The notes below the pieces were generated by a model. That model had not been told where the DNA came from, did no database searches, and saw only the letters and a program-made list of their open reading frames with translations. Both the position numbers and the translations under genes were made by a program. Shown here in pieces: positions 49,347-59,130 of a DNA stretch of 64,000 nucleotides. How positions within the stretch are numbered: the stretch's first letter is position 1; each line of letters begins with the position of its first letter. Source of the DNA: an uncultured Candidatus Saccharibacteria bacterium (lineage in GTDB: Bacteria > Patescibacteriota > Doudnabacteria > UBA920); assembly GCA_964561085.1 (NCBI GenBank), contig CAZLNP010000001.1:10213-74212 (forward strand). The letters run 5' to 3'.

Positions 49347-52271
49347 CTATTTCAATATCGATTTCAAGTACTGTCCTGTATAACTACCTTTAACCTTAAC
49401 AACTTCTTCTGGAGTTCCAGCGGCTATTAACTGTCCGCCTTTATCTCCACCCTCAGGGCCAAGGTCGATAATCCAGTCAGCAGTTTTAATCATGTCCAAG
49501 TTGTGCTCAATTACCACAACGGTATTTCCCTTTTCTACCAACTGATTCAAAACGTAAATCAAACGTTTAACATCAGCAAAGTGGAGACCGGTCGTTGGCT
49601 CATCTAAAATGTAAAGTGTGCGGCCTGTTGATGCTCTCGATAGCTCAGTTGCCAACTTAATACGTTGCGCTTCCCCACCGGAAAGTGTTGTTGCGTTTTG
49701 ACCCAGATGCATATAGCCCAAACCAACTTCGGACAAAGTATCTAGTTTGCGTTTTACTGGAGGCACATTAGCGTAGAACATTTTTGCTTCATCAACTGTC
49801 ATTTGCAAAACATCAGAAATGGTTTTTCCATTGTAATGAATTTCTAAAGCTTCGCGGTTATAGCGCTTACCATCACACTCTTCACAAGTAATGTATACGT
49901 CTGGCAAGAAATTCATCTCCACCTTGATTACACCATCACCCTGACACTTCTCACAACGTCCACCCTTAACGTTAAAGCTAAAGCGGCCAGCTTTGTAGCC
50001 TTTCATTTTTGCTTCGCGTGTTTCAGCAAACAAGTCACGGATGTAAGTGAAGATTCCAGTGTATGTTGCAGGGTTTGAACGTGGCGTACGACCAATTGGA
50101 GATTGGTCGATGTTAATCATCTTATCGATGTGTTCAATTCCCAAAAGTTTTTTGTGTTCACCAGGTTCATCTTTACTGTTCCAGAAATACTTAGACAATG
50201 CCTTAGCAACGATATCATTTAGTAGAGTAGATTTTCCAGAACCGGAAACACCAGTCAAAGCTACGAACTTTCCAAGCGGGATATCCATGTTCACATTTTT
50301 CAAGTTGAACTCAGATGCGCCAACTACAGAAATCTTTTTACCGTTTCCAGCACGGCGGCGTTTTGGAATTTCAATTTCTTCTACTCCTGAAAGGAACTTT
50401 CCTGTTACAGAATTTTTATCTTTTTCAATTTGAGCTGGAGTACCTTCTGCTACTAACTCTCCCCCATGCTTACCTGCACCTGGACCAATGTCTACCACCC
50501 AATCAGATTCACGAATAGTTTCTTCATCGTGTTCTACAACAATTACAGTGTTTCCTAAGTCGCGAAGTTCTTTCAAAGTCTCAAGCAAACGAGTGTTATC
50601 ACGTTGGTGCAAACCAATAGAAGGTTCATCTAATATATAGAGTACGCCAGTTAGGCCAGAACCAATTTGAGTAGCCAAACGGATGCGCTGAGCTTCTCCA
50701 CCGGAAAGAGTATCTGCGCCACGATCTAGAGACAAGTAAGAAAGCCCTACGTTCAACAAGAAAGAAATACGTGCGGAGATTTCTTTTAGGATTAAATTAG
50801 CAATAGCCATCTCTTTGGCGTTTAGCTTCTTAGGCAGGCCGTCGAAGAATACAGCGGCATCTTCAATGGAAAGCTGGGAAACATCTACAATACCACGACC
50901 ATCAATAGTCACAGCCAACACTTCTGGCTTCAAACGCTTTCCACCACAAACAGGACACTTGCGAATACGCATGTAATTTTCAATTTCACTGCGCATGTAA
51001 TCAGAATCTGTTTCTTTATACTTACGCATCAAGTTTGGAACTACACCTTCAAAAGGTGCTTCATATGTTCCGCCGCCAAAGCGTGAGTCGGAAGGCATTT
51101 TAATTTTTTTGCCATCTGTTCCGTAAAGAACAATATCCAAAAACTTTTTAGGTAGATCTTTTACTGGAGTAGACACAGAGAATCCGAATTCTTTCCCAAC
51201 TGTTTCTAGCACTTTTGAATACCAAGACAGACGAGAAGTAGTTTTACTCCAAGGACGCACTGCCCCTTCAGCCAAAGTTAAACGCTGGTTAGGAATTACT
51301 AAGTCAGGTTCGATAGTAAGTTTAGTTCCAAGACCTTTACACTCTTCACAAGCACCATGCGGACTGTTGAAAGAGAATTCACGAGGATCAAGTTCTGTTA
51401 AAGCAACGCTATGCCCATTTGGACAAGCAAACTTTTGAGAGAATGGAATTTCTTGCTTGATCTTTTCGCCGTCCATGATTACTACATTGGCCAACTGATC
51501 CCCCAAGTCCAAAGCTTTTTCTAAACTTTCTGAAATACGACCACGGTCTTCAGCTGCAATAGCAACACGATCGACTATCACATCAACACTGTGCTTCTTT
51601 TGCTTGTCTAAGTTCAAACCCTGCGCTTCGGCGATGTCCATAATTGTGCCATCAACTCGAACACGAGCAAAACCAGATTTTTTAATCTGTTCAAAAACTA
51701 ATTTATGTTCACCTTTTTGATCTTTGATGAATGGTGCAAGCAACATCACACGAGTGCCTTCAGGCATATGCATCAAAGTGTCTACCATGGACTGTAAAGT
51801 TTGACCCATTACACGCTCACCACATTCTGGACAGTGAGGAATACCGACGCGAGCGTAAAGCAATCGAAGGTAATCGTAAATTTCAGTAACTGTTCCCACT
51901 GTAGAGCGAGGGTTATGTGATGCAGATTTTTGGTCGATAGAGATCGCTGGAGAAAGACCTTCAATTTTATCTACATCTGGCTTATCCATTAACCCAATGA
52001 ACTGGCGCGCATACGCCGAAAGAGACTCAACGTAACGACGTTGACCTTCTGCATATATAGTATCGAACGCAAGGGATGATTTACCGCTACCAGAAAGGCC
52101 TGTGATTGTAATCAGCTTGTTGCGAGGGAGGTCTAGATTAATATTCTTAAGGTTGTGCTGCCGGGCGCCACGAATAACGATTTTATCGCTAGTGTCTGCG
52201 GGTTTTTTGGGAGCTGTTTTTTTAGTAGCCATGATAAAATTTGTATAAAGTTTATATAAAATACTTCTCAA
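49347..52271 (-). CDS. uvrA: Excinuclease ABC subunit A
   Basis: Two ABC ATPase modules, zinc fingers, 974 aa. Confidence 0.97.
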   Translation of the reverse strand: MRSILYKLYTNFIMATKKTAPKKPADTSDKIVIRGARQHNLKNINLDLPRNKLITITGLSGSGKSSLAFDTIYAEGQRRYVESLSAYARQFIGLMDKPDVDKIEGLSPAISIDQKSASHNPRSTVGTVTEIYDYLRLLYARVGIPHCPECGERVMGQTLQSMVDTLMHMPEGTRVMLLAPFIKDQKGEHKLVFEQIKKSGFARVRVDGTIMDIAEAQGLNLDKQKKHSVDVIVDRVAIAAEDRGRISESLEKALDLGDQLANVVIMDGEKIKQEIPFSQKFACPNGHSVALTELDPREFSFNSPHGACEECKGLGTKLTIEPDLVIPNQRLTLAEGAVRPWSKTTSRLSWYSKVLETVGKEFGFSVSTPVKDLPKKFLDIVLYGTDGKKIKMPSDSRFGGGTYEAPFEGVVPNLMRKYKETDSDYMRSEIENYMRIRKCPVCGGKRLKPEVLAVTIDGRGIVDVSQLSIEDAAVFFDGLPKKLNAKEMAIANLILKEISARISFLLNVGLSYLSLDRGADTLSGGEAQRIRLATQIGSGLTGVLYILDEPSIGLHQRDNTRLLETLKELRDLGNTVIVVEHDEETIRESDWVVDIGPGAGKHGGELVAEGTPAQIEKDKNSVTGKFLSGVEEIEIPKRRRAGNGKKISVVGASEFNLKNVNMDIPLGKFVALTGVSGSGKSTLLNDIVAKALSKYFWNSKDEPGEHKKLLGIEHIDKMINIDQSPIGRTPRSNPATYTGIFTYIRDLFAETREAKMKGYKAGRFSFNVKGGRCEKCQGDGVIKVEMNFLPDVYITCEECDGKRYNREALEIHYNGKTISDVLQMTVDEAKMFYANVPPVKRKLDTLSEVGLGYMHLGQNATTLSGGEAQRIKLATELSRASTGRTLYILDEPTTGLHFADVKRLIYVLNQLVEKGNTVVVIEHNLDMIKTADWIIDLGPEGGDKGGQLIAAGTPEEVVKVKGSYTGQYLKSILK

Positions 52272-52362
52272 GTAACTTTATTAACCCTAGCACCAAATAG
52301 ACAAAAAAACAAGAGCCTATGGAAGAAGAATTATCACCCTCAGTCAATGTTATAATACCTCT

Positions 52363-54231
52363 ATGAGTGCCTCCAAAAAAGATTCGAAATCCAAGCTAAA
52401 AGATAAGCTAAAAGACATTCCCCACAAGCCGGGAGTATATAAATACCTCGATAAAAATGGGGTTGTTTTGTACGTGGGCAAGGCTAAGGATTTGCGATCA
52501 CGTGTATCTCAATATTTTGGCACCAGCGACAACCGCGCCCAGCTCCCCTTCCTTTTAGCTGAGGCTGTCGATATTGAATATATAGTAGTGAACTCCGAGC
52601 TGGAAAGTTTGTTTTTAGAAAACACCTTAATTAAAGAGTACTTACCTGCTTACAACATCAAACTCAGAGACGACAAAAATTACGCCTTCATCAAAATTGA
52701 TTACTCTACTGAGATTCCGAGTATTACTTACGCGCGGAAAATTGAAGAAGACAAAATTCCAGACTCTCCTCACACAAAATATTTCGGCCCATACTCCTCC
52801 ACCGCTAAGATTCGCCAAACTTTAGATTTTGTTCGCCGCGTATTTCCGTATTGTGCAAATAAAGAAATTGGTAAACGCCCTTGCTTCTACTATTACTTAC
52901 ATAGGTGTCCTGGGGTTTGCACGGGCGTCATCAGTCTTAAAGATTACGAATTACAACTCAACAGAATTGCGCTTTTCCTAGCAGGCCGCAATGTTGAGAT
53001 AAAGAAAACTTTAGCCAAAGAGATGCGCAGCGCAGCAAAATGGAAGTATTTCGAAACAGCAGCGCGTTTGCGCGATCAACTAAAAGCCATTGAAGTACTA
53101 GATGAACGACAAGCAGTTCTTTTTTCTCAAAAAGTTTCTTGGGATTTCGTATCTGTTTTTGTTGATCCTATTTCTGCATGTGTAAACGTTTTCAAGGTAC
53201 GCGAAGGCAAACTACTCGACAAAGAAAATTTTGTCTATGACAACATCTTGCACGTTCCGGAAGAAAATCGAGAAAGCGAGATCCTACAAACATTTCTTGA
53301 AATGTATTATGCAACTGCAACCAATCTTCCAAAAGAAGTTTTTGTTCAAAGCCAAGTTACAAACGAACCTTTAGTGAAAACTTTGTTCGCTTCGAGAACA
53401 GCGTTAAACAAGATAAAAGCAAAAATTAAGTTGAACATGCCGACAAGAGGCCAAAAACTTAACTTAATAAACCTAGGCAGAACTAACGCCGAGGAATATT
53501 TACGAAAGTGGCAGCGAAGCCAAGCATCAAATATTCAAGCAAACCAAGAAACTTTAGAAAAACTAAAAGACCTCTTGAAACTACCCACAACGCCACGCCG
53601 TATTGAAGGTTATGACATCAGCAATACCCAAGGAACCAATCCCGTAGGCAGCATGGTGGTTATTAAAGATGGTCAGGCTGCTAAATCTGAGTATCGCAAA
53701 TTTAAAATTACATCTAAGCAAACTCCGGACGATTTTATGATGATGCGAGAAATGCTTACTCGCCGTCTAGCTCGCATGAAAAATCGTGACATCCCAGAGA
53801 AAGAGCAGTGGCCAATCCCCGACCTCATTGTTATAGATGGAGGCAAAGGCCAACTAGGAGTTGTGGTTGAAGTACTAGAAGAAGCAGGATTAAAAATTCC
53901 TATTGTTGGGCTAGCAAAACGGATTGAAGAAATCTTCCTCCCTCACAACACCACCCCGATTGTACTAGATCACAGCAATCCAGTTCTACAAATGCTGCAG
54001 CGTTTACGTGATGAAGCACATAGATTCGGCATCACTTTTCACAGAAGCCTGCGTAGCAAGCAAGCAGTAAAATCTATGTTAGACACAATCCCTGGAATTG
54101 GACCAAAGACAAAAAAACTTTTGAAACAAAAAGTTGGTACTGTTGATAAAATTCGCAAGGCACCGCTCGACGATTTAGTAGAACTAGTCGGCCCTGCAAA
54201 AGCCAAAATAATAAAAACCTACCTTAGTTAA
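52363..54231 (+). CDS. uvrC: Excinuclease ABC subunit C
   Basis: GIY-YIG N-terminal domain (GVYKYLDKNGVVLYVGKAKDLRSRV), UvrBC-interaction region, RNase H-like endonuclease and HhH C-terminus. Confidence 0.95.
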   Translation: MSASKKDSKSKLKDKLKDIPHKPGVYKYLDKNGVVLYVGKAKDLRSRVSQYFGTSDNRAQLPFLLAEAVDIEYIVVNSELESLFLENTLIKEYLPAYNIKLRDDKNYAFIKIDYSTEIPSITYARKIEEDKIPDSPHTKYFGPYSSTAKIRQTLDFVRRVFPYCANKEIGKRPCFYYYLHRCPGVCTGVISLKDYELQLNRIALFLAGRNVEIKKTLAKEMRSAAKWKYFETAARLRDQLKAIEVLDERQAVLFSQKVSWDFVSVFVDPISACVNVFKVREGKLLDKENFVYDNILHVPEENRESEILQTFLEMYYATATNLPKEVFVQSQVTNEPLVKTLFASRTALNKIKAKIKLNMPTRGQKLNLINLGRTNAEEYLRKWQRSQASNIQANQETLEKLKDLLKLPTTPRRIEGYDISNTQGTNPVGSMVVIKDGQAAKSEYRKFKITSKQTPDDFMMMREMLTRRLARMKNRDIPEKEQWPIPDLIVIDGGKGQLGVVVEVLEEAGLKIPIVGLAKRIEEIFLPHNTTPIVLDHSNPVLQMLQRLRDEAHRFGITFHRSLRSKQAVKSMLDTIPGIGPKTKKLLKQKVGTVDKIRKAPLDDLVELVGPAKAKIIKTYLS

Positions 54232-54323
54232 TTGACTTTCAGTCAATTTATAAATATAATTTCATTAGTTCCTAATTTGTTGTACGGGAACTTGCTCGAA
54301 GTTTTTACCACAGGAGGACGTTC

Positions 54324-54668
54324 ATGAAGATTCTAACTTTCTGTCTGTTAGTTGTGCTCTTCTCTATTTCGTTGGCATCAGGAAATACCCTGCAGACCTC
54401 GGCTCGCGGTCATCCTCAAACATCCAAAGTCGTTACCGATCAATCGGCAGCGATTTCTGGCCATGGGAAGATCGTTATGGTTCGTCACGTTGCTTGGATA
54501 CCGCCGGTATTGATACTTGCTAATCACGAACCTTTTCGTTTGCATACCAAGTTCATTCCGCCGGCTCTACCCGACAAATCCCCTCCAGTGTTTAGGGAAC
54601 TTCCACTGATCGGGTGGAATAACGTAAACTGTTACGGAGGAACTGTCGCAAAATATGCCCGAGGCTAG
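54324..54668 (+). CDS. Small secreted hypothetical protein (signal peptide, Pro-rich), locally GC-rich
   Basis: aggagga RBS, MKILTFCLLVVLFSISLASG signal peptide, own terminator at 54694-54723. Confidence 0.55.
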   Translation: MKILTFCLLVVLFSISLASGNTLQTSARGHPQTSKVVTDQSAAISGHGKIVMVRHVAWIPPVLILANHEPFRLHTKFIPPALPDKSPPVFRELPLIGWNNVNCYGGTVAKYARG

Positions 54669-54734
54669 CTGCTTCAACAACAAAACAACAGTACGACGCC
54701 CAGAACATCGGGCGTCGTTTTTAATTGCCCGACC

Positions 54735-54763
54735 TTGACACTTTACCAGTAAATTACTACAAT
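54735..54763 (+). promoter_or_regulatory. Sigma70-like promoter for secG (TTGACA-17-TACAAT)
   Basis: Consensus -35 and near-consensus -10 with 17-nt spacer. Confidence 0.6.
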
Positions 54764-54788
54764 AAATTAGCTTTTTTAAACTTTACTT

Positions 54789-55019
54789 ATGAAAAACATC
54801 GCATATATTCTAACAATTATTGACATGGTAGTTATGGTCGCTTTGATCATTTCCGTGGCTTTGCAAAACAAATCATCTGGCCTATCCAACGTATTCGGTG
54901 GCGGTGGCGGAGTAGTATCTACTCGACGCGGTTCCGACAAATACCTGTTCTACGCAACAATCATTTTAGGTATTCTTTTCGCAGGAATAAGCCTAGCTGT
55001 TGTTTTGCTATCAAAATAA
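54789..55019 (+). CDS. secG: Preprotein translocase subunit SecG
   Basis: Two TM helices flanking the Gly-rich loop SGLSNVFGGGGG. Confidence 0.8.
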   Translation: MKNIAYILTIIDMVVMVALIISVALQNKSSGLSNVFGGGGGVVSTRRGSDKYLFYATIILGILFAGISLAVVLLSK

Positions 55020-55045
55020 ATCCTAAACCCCGTTACTTTTAAAAA

Positions 55046-56803
55046 GTGAACTCACAACCCTACAACCGTAAATCTCTGTGGGGACAACTTATTGAAACAT
55101 TCAAACTTGTCCCCCACATTCGGCTTTCCGTCCTACGGAAGGTTTTTTCATTAATGGGGCGAAGAGAGAAAATGGTCCTTGCGATACTGTTAGTTTTGAC
55201 AGTCACTAGTGGAATTTTTAGTTTTGGAAGATTGTATGCAAACTACACTGAAGCAGTCCCCGCCGAAGGTGGCAGTTACCGCGAAGGAATTATTGGTCAA
55301 CCAAGATTCATAAATCCTTTACTTGCAACTACAGATACTGATCGATCAATAGTAAAATTAGTTTTTGCTGGACTCTATAAATTAGATGCGATCGGAAACG
55401 TAGTACCCGACATGGCTGAAGCTATGCCTGCTGTATCTGAGAATGGCCAAGAGTATACAGTTAAAATAAAGTCTAATTCTAAATGGCATGATGGCACTCC
55501 CGTTACAGCCGATGACATTGTCTTCACTGTACAGACACTTCAAAACGGTGATTTTAACAGTCCACGCCGTGGAGAGTGGCAATCAACTGTAGTTGAAAAA
55601 GTAGATGACAGCACAATTTTATTTAAACTTAATGCCCCTTCTGCTCCTTTTTTGAATAACTTAACTCTCCCTATAATAAGCAAAAAGAATTGGGAATCTG
55701 TTTCCCCTGCTGACTTTGTGTTGTCTTTAGGGAATATTGAAGCGGTGGGCAGTGGTCCTTACATAGTAAAAGAAGTGCGTAAGTCTACCCAAGGCACAGT
55801 GCAAAGCATTCATCTAGAATCTTTTTCGGACTATCACAATCGCCCCGCTTACATTGAAAGCGTGAAGTTAAGCTTCTACGAAGATATTGAAGGTGTCCTA
55901 ACCGCTATTCATGGCAAACAAATTGATGGCTTTGGGTTTAGCCCGTTCGATCAAAGTGTTCGCTTGGACGAAGACAATAATGAATTTAAGGTTACTCAAT
56001 TAGACCTGCCACAATACCAAGCAGTATTCTTTAACACAAGTAATAAATTATTTAGTGATGTGCGCGTGCGCAAAGCTTTGCAAACAGGTACTGACATCCA
56101 AACTATTATCAACACTGTTTACAATGGCCAAGGCCGAGCCCTAAATGGACCAATATTGCGCCAACACGTTGAAGGTTTACCAGATGCCATCATTAGTAAT
56201 GATTTAGAAAGCGCTAAAGCGCTACTAGACTCAGCTGGATGGAAACTTGATGAAGGCTCAAACGTACGCAAAAAGAATGGGGTTGAACTAGCCTTCACGC
56301 TATCTACAAATAACTTTGCTCTAAACACAAAAACCGCTGAGCTACTTGCGGGCCAATGGCAGAAACTTGGCGTTAAAGTGACTTTGAATATTCAACCTAC
56401 TAAAGAACTCACTGAGAACGCAATCCGTCCTCGTAATTACGATGCGCTTTTGTTCGCGCAAAAACTTGGTGCCGATCCAGATCCATTCCTATTCTGGCAT
56501 TCCAGCCAGGTTCGCAACCCAGGCTTAAACCTGTCTCTATATGCGAATACTAGTGCCGACAAGCTTATTAGTGAAGCTCGTGCAGCCACAGATAAAACTA
56601 TTCGCGATGAAAAATATCGTCTATTCCAAGATGTAATCCAAGCTGATGCTCCAGCTATATTCTTGGTGCAAAATGTTTTTTCATATGCGCAAAAGTCGGA
56701 TATCAAAGGTATCTCTTTAGACAGCCTATCAGATACCACAGCTCGTTTTTATGACCTTCCTAATTGGTATATAGATACAAAAAGGGTTTTAACTAAGCGG
56801 TAA
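55046..56803 (+). CDS. ABC transporter substrate-binding protein, family 5 (oligopeptide/nickel type), N-terminal TM anchor
   Basis: 585 aa; SBP_bac_5-like pattern. Confidence 0.75.
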   Translation: MNSQPYNRKSLWGQLIETFKLVPHIRLSVLRKVFSLMGRREKMVLAILLVLTVTSGIFSFGRLYANYTEAVPAEGGSYREGIIGQPRFINPLLATTDTDRSIVKLVFAGLYKLDAIGNVVPDMAEAMPAVSENGQEYTVKIKSNSKWHDGTPVTADDIVFTVQTLQNGDFNSPRRGEWQSTVVEKVDDSTILFKLNAPSAPFLNNLTLPIISKKNWESVSPADFVLSLGNIEAVGSGPYIVKEVRKSTQGTVQSIHLESFSDYHNRPAYIESVKLSFYEDIEGVLTAIHGKQIDGFGFSPFDQSVRLDEDNNEFKVTQLDLPQYQAVFFNTSNKLFSDVRVRKALQTGTDIQTIINTVYNGQGRALNGPILRQHVEGLPDAIISNDLESAKALLDSAGWKLDEGSNVRKKNGVELAFTLSTNNFALNTKTAELLAGQWQKLGVKVTLNIQPTKELTENAIRPRNYDALLFAQKLGADPDPFLFWHSSQVRNPGLNLSLYANTSADKLISEARAATDKTIRDEKYRLFQDVIQADAPAIFLVQNVFSYAQKSDIKGISLDSLSDTTARFYDLPNWYIDTKRVLTKR

Positions 56804-56817
56804 ACAAGTAAATTGAT

Positions 56818-56847
56818 TTGACACTTTCCCTTGTCCCGTGCTATAAT
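56818..56847 (+). promoter_or_regulatory. Consensus sigma70-type promoter (TTGACA-18-TATAAT) driving a structured leader of about 200 nt plus RNase J1
   Basis: Perfect -35 and -10 hexamers; shares the TTTGACACTTT core with the secG promoter. Confidence 0.65.
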
Positions 56848-57058
56848 GTTTTTACAAGTTAACTCTCAGTTTCTAAGTGGAAGCTCGTGTGACCGAAATT
56901 ACTCGGCACAACATTAGTTCCCATTTGGTAATTGTGAAGTGTTAGGCGGCCCCGGAAGCCACTTTCCTCACACCTAAAGATATAAAAATTAGTAAACAAA
57001 AGTTTTTTGTGTTTCCGCTTTTATTTGAGCCCTGCTCTTTTAATAACGGTTTCCGGAA

Positions 57059-58957
57059 TTGCCGGCCTACATAGACAGACCCATGGTCTCGTTTACAGCC
57101 ACAAACTTAACGCTAAAACTTCGAAAGCAAATTATGATAAGCAAACCAACCGGGACTCCTAACGCCCGACCAGCGCCTAGACGAGTAGCGCCAACAAGTG
57201 CTGCGCCGCATCGTTCAGCTACAGCGACTCGCCCAACAGCGGTACCATCTTCCATCACTGCCCCAACAGGCAACTCAAAAGCAACGTTATCTCGCAACGT
57301 ACTTCGCGTTATTCCACTTGGTGGTTTAGAAGAAGTTGGTGCAAACATGATGGCTTACGAATACGGTGAAGATATTATTATCGTTGACTGTGGATTCGCG
57401 TTCCCAGATGAAACAACTCCTGGTATCGATTATATTATTCCAGAAACTAAGTACTTAGAAGATCGCAAGAAGAATATTCGTGCGATGTTCATTACTCATG
57501 GTCACATGGACCACATTGGTGCTATTCCCTACTTACTCGCTAAGTTAGGTGACCCACCAATTTACACAATGACTTTGTCTGCGGGTATGATCAAAAAACG
57601 TTTGGAAGAATTCAACTTGCAAGGTCGTGTTAAATTAAACGCTTTGACAGTTGATGACACAGTTCCAGTGGGCAACTTCCAAGTGAAGTTCTTCTCTGTA
57701 AACCACAACATTCCAGATTCTGTTGGTCTATCTATTAATACCCCAATCGGTCAGATCATTCACACTGGTGACTGGAAGTTTGACCACACTCCAATTAACG
57801 AACGCACTACGGACTTCCACAAGATTGCTACCTTTGGTGGTAATGGCGTGTTAGCTCTAATGTCTGACTCTACTAACGCTAACAAGCCTGGGTACTGTCT
57901 ATCTGAACGCGATATTGGTACAAGTATTGAGAGAATTTTCTCAGATGCTAAAGGTCGCATTATTTTTGCGAGCTTCTCATCTTTAATCTCTCGTATGCAA
58001 CAAGTTCTAGACTTCTCCGCAAAACATAACCGCAAAGTTATTGTGACCGGACGATCTATGGTTAACACTTTAGAAACTGCCATTTCATTGGGCTACCTAA
58101 AAGTTTTACCTAAACTGATCATCAAGTCTGAACAAGCTGCTAAATATCCTGATAACCAATTAACAGTTCTAACCACCGGTGCACAAGGCGAAGAAGCTTC
58201 TCAGCTAGCTCGCATGTCCCGCGGCGAACATCGTTCTATTAAGATTAAAACTGGCGATACTGTCATCATTTCATCTTCCCCTATTCCAGGTAACGAACGC
58301 TCCATTGTTGCTGTTCTAGATAACTTAACTCGCCAAGGCGCTACAGTTATTTATAACAAGATGCTGGACATTCACACCTCTGGGCATGCCCAACAAGAAG
58401 AATTGAAATTGATGATGCAATTAACCAAGCCAAAGTTCTTTGTCCCTATTCACGGTGAACACCACATGTTGGTTGGACACTCTAAATTAGCTCAAAGCAT
58501 TGGTATTCCTGAAAACAATTGTTTCGTTCTAGGTAATGGTTCCGTATTGGAGTTCAACGCTAACGGCGAAGCTCGTGTTCTTAATGAGAAGGTTGAATCA
58601 GGATATGTGTTCGTAGACGGACTGGGCGTTGGAGACGTTGGTGAAGTGGTTATTCGTGACCGCCAGCTAATGGCTCAAGACGGTATGTTCGTGATCATCT
58701 CTACAATTGATCGTAAAACAAGTAAGCTCGTAAATCCTCCCGAAATACTTTCACGAGGATTCGTTTACATGAAGAATAACGAAGAACTATTGAGAGAAGT
58801 TAAGCACGAAATCCGCAAGATGATCGAAACTCATGCTGGCAAAGGTGAAGCTGACTATGCTGACCTACGCCAAGAGATTCGTGATAGCGTTGGAGAGTAT
58901 CTATTCCAGAAGACTCAACGTCGTCCTATGATCTTGCCAGTTATTATTGAAGTTTAA
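57059..58957 (+). CDS. rnj: Ribonuclease J (paralog 1) with low-complexity Pro/Ala/Thr-rich N-terminal extension (start uncertain)
   Basis: Metallo-beta-lactamase HGHMDHIG, beta-CASP and RNase J C-terminal domain. Confidence 0.9.
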   Translation: MPAYIDRPMVSFTATNLTLKLRKQIMISKPTGTPNARPAPRRVAPTSAAPHRSATATRPTAVPSSITAPTGNSKATLSRNVLRVIPLGGLEEVGANMMAYEYGEDIIIVDCGFAFPDETTPGIDYIIPETKYLEDRKKNIRAMFITHGHMDHIGAIPYLLAKLGDPPIYTMTLSAGMIKKRLEEFNLQGRVKLNALTVDDTVPVGNFQVKFFSVNHNIPDSVGLSINTPIGQIIHTGDWKFDHTPINERTTDFHKIATFGGNGVLALMSDSTNANKPGYCLSERDIGTSIERIFSDAKGRIIFASFSSLISRMQQVLDFSAKHNRKVIVTGRSMVNTLETAISLGYLKVLPKLIIKSEQAAKYPDNQLTVLTTGAQGEEASQLARMSRGEHRSIKIKTGDTVIISSSPIPGNERSIVAVLDNLTRQGATVIYNKMLDIHTSGHAQQEELKLMMQLTKPKFFVPIHGEHHMLVGHSKLAQSIGIPENNCFVLGNGSVLEFNANGEARVLNEKVESGYVFVDGLGVGDVGEVVIRDRQLMAQDGMFVIISTIDRKTSKLVNPPEILSRGFVYMKNNEELLREVKHEIRKMIETHAGKGEADYADLRQEIRDSVGEYLFQKTQRRPMILPVIIEV

Positions 58958-58967
58958 AGTTAGTTTC

Positions 58968-59055
58968 GCAGAAGAATATTGATACGAAAACACGTCACCT
59001 TCGCCCTGCTACGCAGGTCGTGTTCCTATCGTTTTCTTAATCAATATTCTTCTGC
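58968..59055 (+). repeat. Conserved structured element copy 1 (88-nt extended hairpin, conserved 55-nt core) immediately 3' of RNase J1
   Basis: Outer stem gcagaagaatattgat / atcaatattcttctgc; inner core acgaaaacacgtcaccttcgccctgctacgcaggtcgtgttcctatcgttttc. Confidence 0.6.
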
Positions 59056-59130
59056 TAAGAACTTTCATCTTCCCAACAACTGTTGGGGGTGAATGAGCGA
59101 AGAAAATTTTGAAAGATTTTCTCCATTCAT

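Noticed and set aside
54324-54668. Locally GC-rich stretch between uvrC and secG suspected to be a structured RNA (tmRNA / RNase P / SRP RNA)
   Set aside because: It has a strong aggagga RBS, an ATG, a classical signal peptide (MKILTFCLLVVLFSISLASG) and its own terminator. None of the conserved tmRNA, RNase P or SRP motifs were found. Called as a small secreted protein instead.
56818-56847. Shared TTTGACACTTT promoter core (secG and rnj1 promoters) as a repeated regulatory motif
   Set aside because: Two occurrences of a near-consensus -35 region are insufficient to call a regulon motif. Noted in the feature evidence only.
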